Source: Marinobacter sediminum | GTDB lineage: Bacteria > Pseudomonadota > Gammaproteobacteria > Pseudomonadales > Oleiphilaceae | DNA length: 40,000 nt | Assembly: GCF_016820575.1 (NCBI RefSeq) | Contig: NZ_JAEMQH010000002.1 | Coordinates: 1,326,933-1,366,932, forward strand | Direction of reading: 5' to 3' | Shown: positions 32,547 through 40,000 of the stretch, one piece after another | Position numbering within the stretch: the first letter of the stretch is position 1 | How the letters are laid out: each line of letters starts with the position of its first letter | Translations under genes and position numbers: made by a program | The notes under the pieces: generated by a model | Database searches by the model: none | What the model was told of the DNA's origin: nothing | What the model saw: the letters and a program-made list of their open reading frames with translations, nothing else

Positions 32547-32566
32547 CGGTACTGAAGGAACGAAGA

Positions 32567-33901
32567 TCAGCTAAGCAGCTTGATCATCACACCCGCAGCA
32601 ACTGCAGAGCCGATAACACCAGCCACGTTCGGACCCATGGCGTGCATCAGCAGGAAGTTCTGCGGGTTGGCTTCCAGACCAACCTTGTTGGAAACCCGCG
32701 CCGCCATCGGCACCGCAGATACACCGGCAGAACCAATCAGCGGGTTGATCGGATCCTTACTGAACTTGTTCATCAGCTTCGCCATCAGAACACCAGAGGC
32801 GGTGCCCACACCGAAGGCAACGATACCCAGACCCAGGATACCCAGAGTCTGGCCATCCAGGAACTTGTCGGCCATCAGCTTGGAGCCAACCGACAGGCCA
32901 AGGAAGATCGTCACGATGTTGATCAGCGCGTTCTGGGCAGTGTCGCTCAGACGCTCAACCACGCCACACTCACGCATCAGGTTACCGAAGCAGAACATAC
33001 CCAGCAGCGGCGCTGCATCAGGCAGGAACAGAACGACGGCAATCAGTACGACCAGCGGGAAGACAATCTTCTCCTTCTTGCTGACCGGACGAAGCTGAGT
33101 CATCTTGATGGCCCGCTCATCCTTGTTGGTGAGCGCCTTCATGATCGGCGGCTGAATCATCGGAACCATCGCCATGTAAGCGTAGGCCGAGACAGCGATT
33201 GCACCCAGCAGATGCGGTGCCAGCACGCTAGCCACATAGATAGACGTTGGGCCGTCCGCACCACCGATGATACCGATGGCCGCAGCTTCCAGGATGTTGA
33301 AGTCCAGAACACCGGTCCAGTCCAGAAGCGCCGCACCAATAACAGTACCGAAGATACCGAACTGTGCCGCCGCACCCAGAAGCATGGTCTTCGGGTTTGC
33401 GAGCAGAGGACCGAAATCGGTCATCGCGCCCACACCCATGAAGATCAACAGAGGACCAATGGTGCTGCCGATAACCACTGAGTAGAAGTTATACAGCATG
33501 CCATTGCCATAACCGGCGTCCTGGGCCACAGCATTCGCCATCGCCATTTCGGAATAATTAGCCTCTTTCACCGCCACCTTAAAGGCTTCCTTCAGCTCAG
33601 GCGTGATCGCCTGGCCAGCCTGGTAAGCCACATCCAGCTGCGCCGCCAGAGCGGCCAGCAACTGAGTCGCCTCGCTCTTCAGGCCAAAGTGGATGGCATT
33701 TTCCGCCGCAGTCAGGGCCAGCCCTGCCTCCGGAATGTTCGCCAGAATGCCACCGAACCCAATGGGTACCAGCAGCAGTGGCTCAAACCCCTTGCGAATC
33801 GCAAGGAACAGAAGAAGAAGACCGATGGCGATCATGATCACCTGGCCCAATTCGATGTTGAACAGGCCACTGCCTGTCCAGAGCGTCATAATTTTATCCA
33901 T
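32567..33901 (-). CDS. oadB: Na+-translocating oxaloacetate decarboxylase beta subunit
   Basis: 444 aa polytopic. [42 protein letters not shown] and [13 protein letters not shown] are OadB/GcdB-family signatures. Confidence 0.9.
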   Translation of the reverse strand: MDKIMTLWTGSGLFNIELGQVIMIAIGLLLLFLAIRKGFEPLLLVPIGFGGILANIPEAGLALTAAENAIHFGLKSEATQLLAALAAQLDVAYQAGQAITPELKEAFKVAVKEANYSEMAMANAVAQDAGYGNGMLYNFYSVVIGSTIGPLLIFMGVGAMTDFGPLLANPKTMLLGAAAQFGIFGTVIGAALLDWTGVLDFNILEAAAIGIIGGADGPTSIYVASVLAPHLLGAIAVSAYAYMAMVPMIQPPIMKALTNKDERAIKMTQLRPVSKKEKIVFPLVVLIAVVLFLPDAAPLLGMFCFGNLMRECGVVERLSDTAQNALINIVTIFLGLSVGSKLMADKFLDGQTLGILGLGIVAFGVGTASGVLMAKLMNKFSKDPINPLIGSAGVSAVPMAARVSNKVGLEANPQNFLLMHAMGPNVAGVIGSAVAAGVMIKLLS

Positions 33902-33915
33902 GGAATGCTGGCCCT

Positions 33916-35706
33916 TTATGCGATTGTCAGCATTTCATCATCAGGAGAGACGGCATCACCGACCTTGATGAAGACTTCGCCGATAGTACCGGCCTTGGGT
34001 GCGCGAACCTCAGTTTCCATCTTCATGGCTTCGAGGATAATCATCACGTCACCTTCTTCCACAACGTCGCCCGGTGAGACCAGAACCTTGAAGATGTTGC
34101 CGCCCAGAGGCGCAACAACCGGCTCACCTTCACCTGCAGCAGGTGCAGGCGCAGCAGACCCTGCAGCCGGAGCTGAGGCAGCACCGCCCTCGCCCTGGAT
34201 CTGGGTGATCTCGCCACCTTCAGATACCGCAACCACGAACTTCTTGCCGTTAACATCAACGGTGTAAGTCTCGGGTCCGCCAGCCTTCTTGGCAGGTGCG
34301 GCGTCTTCAGCAGTCGGTACCGGCTCAAACGCGTCCGGGTTGCCACGGTTTTCCAGGAACTTCAGGCCGATCTGCGGGAACAGTGCGTAGGTCAGCACGT
34401 CGTCCTCAACATTGTCGGCCAGCTTGATGCCTTTCTCGTCCGCCAGCTTCTTCAGCTCGTCGGTCAGCTTGTCCATCTCAGGCTCAAGCACGTCCGCCGG
34501 ACGGCAGGTCATCACTTCCTTGCCATCGAGAACACGCTCCTGCAGCTCCTTGTTCATCGGAGCCGGTGCCGCACCGTACTCGCCTTTAAGGATTGCAGAG
34601 GTTTCCTTGGAGATAGACTTGTAACGCTCGCCGGTCAGCACGTTCAGTACCGCCTGGGTACCGACAATCTGGGAGGTTGGCGTTACCAGCGGGATGAAGC
34701 CCAGATCTTCACGAACCTTGGGAATCTCGTCCAGAACCTGGTCAAACTTGTCGCTCGCGTTCTGTTCGCGCAGCTGGTTTTCCATGTTCGTCAGCATGCC
34801 GCCCGGAACCTGAGCAATCAGGATGCGGGAATCGGTGCCCCGGAGGCTGCCCTCAAACTTCGCGTACTTCTTACGAACTTCGCGGAAGTAGCTGGCAATT
34901 TCTTCAAGCAGGTTCAGGTCCAGGCCGGTATCACGGTCTGTGCCTTCAAGAATCGCCACAACCGCCTCGGTGGGCGAATGGCCATAGGTCATGCTCATGG
35001 AAGAAATGGCGGTATCCACGTTGTCGATGCCGGCTTCCGCGGCCTTGATGGCGGTGGCGGTAGACATGCCGGTAGTCGCGTGGCACTGCATGTGAATCGG
35101 GATATCCAGTTCTTTCTTCAGGCGGCTGACCAGATCAAAGGCCACATACGGCTTGAGGATACCCGCCATGTCCTTGATGGCGATCGAGTCCGCGCCCATG
35201 TCGGCAACTTCTTTCGCCAGCTCTACCCACATGTCGATGGTGTGCACCGGGCTTGTGGTGTAGGCAATGGTGCCCTGGGCGTGCTTGCCGGTCTTACGAA
35301 CGGCCTTGATGGCACGATCCAGGTTACGCGGATCGTTCATTGCGTCGAAAATCCGGAACACGTCTACGCCGTTCTCGGCGGCACGCTCACAGAAACGGTC
35401 GACGACGTCGTCCGCGTAATGACGGTAGCCCAACAGGTTCTGGCCACGCAGCAGCATCTGCTGTTGAGTGTTAGGCATCGCCTTTTTCAGTTCACGAATG
35501 CGCTCCCAGGGGTCTTCGCCCAGGTAACGGATGCAGGAATCGAAGGTAGCTCCACCCCAGGATTCCAAAGACCAGAAACCAACCTTGTCGAGTTTCTCGG
35601 CAATGGGAAGCATGTCATCAAGTCGCATGCGGGTGGCAAGCAGGGACTGGTGGGCGTCACGCAGGATAACGTCCGTAATCCCCAGCGGTTTCTTAGTGTC
35701 AGTCAT
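33916..35706 (-). CDS. oadA: oxaloacetate decarboxylase alpha subunit (carboxyltransferase + biotinyl domain)
   Basis: [19 protein letters not shown] is the HMGL-like carboxyltransferase start. The C-terminal biotinyl domain carries [11 protein letters not shown] at 35706; the longer track ORF is an N-terminal over-extension. Confidence 0.93.
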   Translation of the reverse strand: MTDTKKPLGITDVILRDAHQSLLATRMRLDDMLPIAEKLDKVGFWSLESWGGATFDSCIRYLGEDPWERIRELKKAMPNTQQQMLLRGQNLLGYRHYADDVVDRFCERAAENGVDVFRIFDAMNDPRNLDRAIKAVRKTGKHAQGTIAYTTSPVHTIDMWVELAKEVADMGADSIAIKDMAGILKPYVAFDLVSRLKKELDIPIHMQCHATTGMSTATAIKAAEAGIDNVDTAISSMSMTYGHSPTEAVVAILEGTDRDTGLDLNLLEEIASYFREVRKKYAKFEGSLRGTDSRILIAQVPGGMLTNMENQLREQNASDKFDQVLDEIPKVREDLGFIPLVTPTSQIVGTQAVLNVLTGERYKSISKETSAILKGEYGAAPAPMNKELQERVLDGKEVMTCRPADVLEPEMDKLTDELKKLADEKGIKLADNVEDDVLTYALFPQIGLKFLENRGNPDAFEPVPTAEDAAPAKKAGGPETYTVDVNGKKFVVAVSEGGEITQIQGEGGAASAPAAGSAAPAPAAGEGEPVVAPLGGNIFKVLVSPGDVVEEGDVMIILEAMKMETEVRAPKAGTIGEVFIKVGDAVSPDDEMLTIA

Positions 35707-35746
35707 CGTGTCAGCCTTCTGTTTAAAGGTTCTATCTAGTACCGGG

Positions 35747-35998
35747 TCACTTCTTGTGGCGTGACCGGAATTGTGCAATTGCCTTCTTGATGGCCTCGGC
35801 GGTGTCCGGATCAACCGACGCAGGCGCCTTGGGCTTGGCACGTGGTGTTTTCGCCGGGGTTGCCGGCTCTGGCGGCGCAAACCGGGCAATCAGCTTGGAC
35901 ATGAGCAGCGTTGCGAACACCAGCACTACCAGGAATGCAAACACAAATCCCATGCCGGCAATCATCAGATCCGCGGCTTGTGACATCAGGTCATTCAT
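35747..35998 (-). CDS. oadG: oxaloacetate decarboxylase gamma subunit
   Basis: 83 aa with a single N-terminal TM helix ([26 protein letters not shown]) and a Pro/Ala/Lys-rich tail. It is the first gene of oadGAB. Confidence 0.8.
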   Translation of the reverse strand: MNDLMSQAADLMIAGMGFVFAFLVVLVFATLLMSKLIARFAPPEPATPAKTPRAKPKAPASVDPDTAEAIKKAIAQFRSRHKK

Positions 35999-36222
35999 AT
36001 CGAATAGCTACCTGTTTCTGGTTTGTTGATTTCCCCGAATTGCCTGGTTAGACCAGTTCTACTAAAGTCTTAGGCCACACCAAGACAGTTCGGGAGGCAA
36101 AATCCTGCGTAATTTACCGTTTTAGCCTGCCATGAGCAACCTAAATGCAAATTACTATACGGGGTTTCCGAGCCGTTCACCTGAATTTCATACTGCATTA
36201 ACCGGGGCCACAGCGCCCCATT

Positions 36223-37596
36223 TCACGCATATCGAACGCGTATTTTCCGGCCCTTGATTCGCCCACTCTCAAGTCGCTTCAGCGCCTTATCGGCGACACT
36301 TCTCTCTACGGCCACAAAACACTGAAAATCGAACAGGTCGATTTTCCCGACCGCCTTGCCCGGAATCCCGGCTTCGCCTGTGAGTGCTCCCAGAACATCA
36401 CCCGGACGAATTTTCTCCTTGCGGCCGCCGGCGATGCATAGGGTTGCCATGGCAGGTTTAACCGGCTGCAGCGGTACCGCCATCAGCGCCTCGGTATCGC
36501 CCCATTCCGCCGCCTGGCCACGGTCTGATTCCAGACGGTTGATCTTGTGGCCCTTCGAGGGAGTGCAGAAGGTCACCGCCAGGCCCTGCTCACCCGCGCG
36601 TCCGGTACGCCCTACCCGGTGGGTATGAACCTCGCTGTCACGCGCCGGCTCGGCGTTAATCACCAGCGGCAGGGATTTGATATCAAGCCCACGAGCCGCC
36701 ACATCCGTCGCCACCAACACCGAACAGCTTTGATTGCCGAAGCGCACCAGCACACTGTCGCGGTCCCGCTGTTCCAGGTCACCGTGTAACGCCAGCGCCG
36801 AAAACCCGCGCTGGCGCAATGCCTCGGCCAGCTCGTCGCACTGCTGCTTCATGGTGCAGAACACGATGCAGGACGCCGGCTGCCGCTCCGACAACAGCGC
36901 CATCACCGCATCCTGGGCAGTGCCAGGGGCGATTTCGTAGAACAGCTCCTGGATATCGGGATTGCCCTTCTTGGCCTCGGCCCGAACGTCCTCTGGTTCA
37001 CGCTGATAGCGGCCACTGAGCGCGCGAATCGTCTCAGGCCAGGTGGCGGAAAACATCAGGGTCTGACGGGAATCGGGAGTTTGCCCCAGAATGTCTTCCA
37101 TGGCCTCTTCAAAGCCCATGTCCAGCATCCGGTCCGCCTCATCCAGAACTACGGTATTTACCCGGTCCAGTGTCAGGGTGCCCTTGCGCAGGTGATCCTG
37201 AATGCGTCCTGGAGTGCCCACCACGATGTGAGCGCCGTGGCTCAGAGAGCCAATCTGGGGCCCAATCGATACCCCACCGCACAGAGTCAGGATCTTTACA
37301 TTATCCCGGGCGCGCGCGAGTTCCCGGAGCGCCTTGGCCACCTGGTCCGCCAGCTCCCGAGTCGGGCACAGTACCAGGCCCTGAACCGCAAACAGGCGCG
37401 GATTGAGGTGCTCGATCAGACCAATCCCGAAGGCTGCGGTCTTGCCACTTCCGGTCTGGGCCATGGCAATGACATCCTTTTTCGCCAAGCATGGGGGCAA
37501 GGCTTTCGCCTGAATTTCGGTAGGCTGCTCGAATCCAAGCTGCTCTAGGTTGGAGGCCATAGCCGGGGAAAGACCAAACTCTTTAAAGGAAGGCAT
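36223..37596 (-). CDS. dbpA: ATP-dependent RNA helicase DbpA (DEAD-box)
   Basis: AQTGSGKT, VLDEADRMLDMGF, SAT and HRVGRTGRAG are present. The DbpA-type C-terminal RNA-binding domain reads GGRKEKIRPGDVLGALTGEAGI...IKGRKIRV. ATG at 37596 (457 aa); the track ORF over-extends upstream. Confidence 0.9.
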   Translation of the reverse strand: MPSFKEFGLSPAMASNLEQLGFEQPTEIQAKALPPCLAKKDVIAMAQTGSGKTAAFGIGLIEHLNPRLFAVQGLVLCPTRELADQVAKALRELARARDNVKILTLCGGVSIGPQIGSLSHGAHIVVGTPGRIQDHLRKGTLTLDRVNTVVLDEADRMLDMGFEEAMEDILGQTPDSRQTLMFSATWPETIRALSGRYQREPEDVRAEAKKGNPDIQELFYEIAPGTAQDAVMALLSERQPASCIVFCTMKQQCDELAEALRQRGFSALALHGDLEQRDRDSVLVRFGNQSCSVLVATDVAARGLDIKSLPLVINAEPARDSEVHTHRVGRTGRAGEQGLAVTFCTPSKGHKINRLESDRGQAAEWGDTEALMAVPLQPVKPAMATLCIAGGRKEKIRPGDVLGALTGEAGIPGKAVGKIDLFDFQCFVAVERSVADKALKRLESGRIKGRKIRVRYA

Positions 37597-37723
37597 ACGG
37601 GAAAATCCTGAAATCGGGGCTGCGAATTGTGGAGGCACATTAGTGAGGGCGTATACTACCGCATCAGGATACCAGAGTTTGTCACCAATTAACTGAGTTA
37701 CCGGGAGCCACGAGGAGTTACCA

Positions 37724-38260
37724 ATGCCTTCCCTGCAGGACCAGCTACTGAAAGCCGGCCTGGCCGACGAGAAAAAGGCCAAGGCTATTCGCACCGAGAA
37801 ACGCAAAAAGCGCAAGGCCCAGCCCAAGGGTGCGGTGCAGGAAAACGAGGCCGAGATTCGGGCGCGCCAGGCCCGTGAAGAAAAAGCCGAGCGAGACCGG
37901 GAACTGAACCGGCAACGCCAGCAAGAGGCCAACAAGAAGGCCATCCAGGCCCAGATCCGCCAGCTGGTAAGCACCAACCGCCTGGATCGAAGCCGGGGCG
38001 AAACCTCCTACCAGTTCGTGCACGACAAGAAGATCAAGAAGATCTTTGTCGACGACACCATGGTGGACCAACTGTCCCGGGGCCGACTGGCTATCGTGTT
38101 CGTGAACGACAACTACGAGCTGGTTGCCGAGGGAGTGGCCCGGAAAATCCAGGAGCGGGACGAAACCGCTGTAGTGGTCCTGCACGACCGAAAGACCGAT
38201 GACACCGGTGAGGACGACCCTTATGCCGGGTACGAGATTCCCGACGATTTGATGTGGTAA
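37724..38260 (+). CDS. DUF2058 (YaiL-like) family protein
   Basis: MPSLQDQLLKAGLADEKKAKAIRTEKRKK..., a K/E/R-rich middle and a conserved C-terminal half, as in E. coli YaiL. Confidence 0.75.
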   Translation: MPSLQDQLLKAGLADEKKAKAIRTEKRKKRKAQPKGAVQENEAEIRARQAREEKAERDRELNRQRQQEANKKAIQAQIRQLVSTNRLDRSRGETSYQFVHDKKIKKIFVDDTMVDQLSRGRLAIVFVNDNYELVAEGVARKIQERDETAVVVLHDRKTDDTGEDDPYAGYEIPDDLMW

Positions 38261-38410
38261 TCACCTGGGTCGGGCAGCCCATCAACTGCCCGACCAAAAT
38301 TATTTATCCCTGCCTGCAACCTTTTACCCGTCTGAAACGCATCTCCTAGGCAGTCCAACCCTTTGTTCTGCTCCAGACTTTTTAAAGCAGATACCGACAG
38401 GAGATACATC

Positions 38411-38911
38411 GTGAAAAAACTGACAATGAACGCCCTGCTTACAGCAATCGCCGCAACCTCACTGGGCCTCGCCTCTACCGCCTATGCGGGCCACACCAAT
38501 CACGTACTCGACGCCAAGCTGAGCGGAGCAGAGATGATCGGCTCCATGGGCGACAGCGACGGCAAGGGTTACGCCCACGTCTTCGGTATCGACGGCGACC
38601 CCACCACCCTGTGCTATGTGGTGCAGGTGCAAAACATCCAGACCGTACCCGTCAAGGAAGGCATGGCTGCCCACATCCACGAAGCGGGCAAAGGCATGAA
38701 TGGCGCCCCGGTGGCAATGCTGGCAGGCCCGGAAGATGGCGATGCCGCTGATTGCCTGACCGAAGGCGAGGAAGGCAAGTTCCCCACCGGCGAAGCCGGC
38801 ATTGTTCAACGCATTCTGGAGAATCCGTCGGACTTCTACATTAACGTGCACAACCCCGAATTTCCCAAGGGTGCGGTACGCGGCCAGCTGATGGGCCCTC
38901 ACGGCATGTAA
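38411..38911 (+). CDS. CHRD domain-containing exported protein
   Basis: GTG at 38411, 6 nt after AGGAGA. It has a signal peptide (KKLTMNALLTAIAATSLGLASTAYA). AAHIHEAGKGMNGAPV and FYINVHNPEFPKGAVRGQL are CHRD motifs. Confidence 0.75.
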   Translation: MKKLTMNALLTAIAATSLGLASTAYAGHTNHVLDAKLSGAEMIGSMGDSDGKGYAHVFGIDGDPTTLCYVVQVQNIQTVPVKEGMAAHIHEAGKGMNGAPVAMLAGPEDGDAADCLTEGEEGKFPTGEAGIVQRILENPSDFYINVHNPEFPKGAVRGQLMGPHGM

Positions 38912-38934
38912 GACGGGACTTTTCTGCAGGCAAT

Positions 38935-38970
38935 AAAAAACCCCGCTCTTGGCGGGGTTCTTTATTTTAT
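38935..38970. terminator. rho-independent terminator (CHRD gene; also faces the tRNA operon)
   Basis: AAAAAA-CCCCGC-tcttg-GCGGGG-TTCTTTATTTT. Confidence 0.8.
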
Positions 38971-38971
38971 A

Positions 38972-39048
38972 TGGCGCGGCTGGGAGGATTCGAACCTCCG
39001 ACCGCCTGGTTCGTAGCCAGGTACTCTATCCAGCTGAGCTACAGCCGC
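38972..39048 (-). tRNA. tRNA-Arg (anticodon ACG)
   Basis: The reverse complement GCGGCTGTAGCTCAGCTGGATAGAGTACCTGGCTACGAACCAGGCGGTCGGAGGTTCGAATCCTCCCAGCCGCGCCA folds as a cloverleaf with anticodon loop CU-ACG-AA. It is close to E. coli tRNA-Arg(ACG). Confidence 0.95.
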
Positions 39049-39075
39049 TTAAAACTGGGCAAGATATTGAAGAAG

Positions 39076-39152
39076 TGGCGCGGCTGGGAGGATTCGAACC
39101 TCCGACCGCCTGGTTCGTAGCCAGGTACTCTATCCAGCTGAGCTACAGCCGC
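39076..39152 (-). tRNA. tRNA-Arg (anticodon ACG), identical tandem copy
   Basis: The same 77 nt sequence as 38972..39048, separated by a 27 nt spacer. Confidence 0.95.
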
Positions 39153-39212
39153 GCATTCATCACTTGCTGTGGTTGAGTGCTACGTCAACCTGCTCTCGTT
39201 TCCAAAAAGGAA

Positions 39213-39304
<92 letters not shown>

Positions 39305-39386
39305 TTGAGAACGGGGCGTATACTACCATAAGATTTCTGTTTTCATAGGGTTGACACCAATTTTTTTGGCTTCGATTTGCCGAGAA

Positions 39387-39420
39387 AACAAAAAAGCCGC
39401 TCAGGTTTCCCTTGAACGGC
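39387..39420 (-). terminator. rho-independent terminator downstream of csrA
   Basis: Minus strand: GCCGTTCAAGGGAAACCTGAGCGGC hairpin followed by TTTTTTGTTTT. Confidence 0.75.
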
Positions 39421-39430
39421 TTTTTCTCTG

Positions 39431-39628
39431 TCAGCTGTTGCCCGGTTCTGGCTCCTCAGAGCCCTTCTCCGACTGTATACGCTGATAGATCTCTTCCCGG
39501 TGAACCGCAACTTCCTTTGGCGCGTTGACGCCGATGCGCACCTGATTCCCCTTCACACCTAGGACGGTTACTGTGATTTCGTCACCGACCATCAAGGTTT
39601 CGCCAACTCGGCGAGTCAAAATCAACAT
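39431..39628 (-). CDS. csrA: carbon storage regulator CsrA
   Basis: [52 protein letters not shown] is the canonical CsrA sequence. Confidence 0.97.
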   Translation of the reverse strand: MLILTRRVGETLMVGDEITVTVLGVKGNQVRIGVNAPKEVAVHREEIYQRIQSEKGSEEPEPGNS

Positions 39629-39817
39629 ATCCCTTACTCCCTTTACAGAGCTACCTGTTTCGACAAATGGTTATTCTTGATATACCACAATTTTATAGTG
39701 AGGCCACTTGTTGTCCTAAAGACGCGCATCCCTTTATACGAATGCACTTTGCGATAGGGCCAGCAAATGATTCTCTTATTTAACGGGCCTGCCACTTAAC
39801 CCTGGCAACTGCCCCCT

Positions 39818-40000
39818 TTAACCTTCTTCCTTTACCGCAAGCTTATCCAGCTCGAACTCACTGTGCAGAGCACGAACCGCCAGCTCGAGATACTTCTCAT
39901 CAATCACCACGGAAATCTTGATTTCTGACGTGGAGATCATCTGAATATTAATGCCCTCGTTGGACAATGCCTCGAACATCCGGGTGGCCACACCAGCGTG
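39818..40000 (-). CDS. lysC: aspartate kinase, C-terminal ACT-domain end (N-terminus outside window)
   Basis: The frame is open to the window edge: [60 protein letters not shown]. This is the typical aspartokinase C-terminus, in the conserved position upstream of csrA. Confidence 0.8.
   Translation of the reverse strand, partial: HAGVATRMFEALSNEGINIQMISTSEIKISVVIDEKYLELAVRALHSEFELDKLAVKEEG

Noticed and set aside
36223-37977. The long forms of several track ORFs: dbpA 584 aa, oadA 657 aa, dnaE2 1105 aa, imuB 504 aa, dctM 447 aa, yrhK-like 142 aa.
   Set aside because: The N-terminal extensions are Arg/Pro-rich, overlap neighbouring genes or intergenic promoters, and precede an internal ATG with a good SD where family-typical N-termini begin. 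The shorter coordinates were used.

Overview
GC-rich gammaproteobacterial chromosome segment. A Marinobacter-like origin is only an inference from gene content and order (lysC-csrA-tRNA-Ser-tRNA-Arg, oadGAB, TRAP dctPQM, imuA-imuB-dnaE2). The main feature is a sedentary chromosomal integron spanning about 11.2-23.2 kb. It has an integron integrase gene (intI, + strand) whose promoter overlaps a canonical LexA box. A putative attI lies to its left, followed by 18 attC recombination sites (58-117 bp, imperfect palindromes with AAC/GTT cores). These delimit about 18 cassettes read on the minus strand. Five cassettes are type II toxin-antitoxin pairs: ccdAB, two higBA, yefM-yoeB, and a parE/relE-like toxin with its antitoxin. 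One cassette encodes a GFA-family protein. About nine encode small proteins of unknown function, many of them membrane proteins. One cassette has no convincing ORF. The most unusual item is an ORF-less ~205 nt cassette present in three diverged copies: two are complete with near-identical 101 bp attC sites, and one is truncated at the distal end of the array. All three copies share a 10-codon mini-ORF that starts in the attC core, followed by a conserved 8 bp stem. A second LexA box controls imuA-imuB-dnaE2 about 4 kb to the right of intI. The flanks carry ordinary housekeeping and accessory genes (hemerythrin-like, VOC, ICMT-family, DUF488, DUF4396, DJ-1/PfpI, M14 peptidase-like, GST, RidA, rlmF, an orphan histidine kinase, yrhK-like, phhB, dbpA, DUF2058, CHRD). 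Smaller oddities are an AT-rich islet with an orphan solute-binding-like gene, a tfoX fragment, an ORF with an in-frame amber codon, a telomere-like G-tract repeat and a 104 bp inverted repeat. All calls come from reading the sequence and ORF translations by eye; no database search was run.
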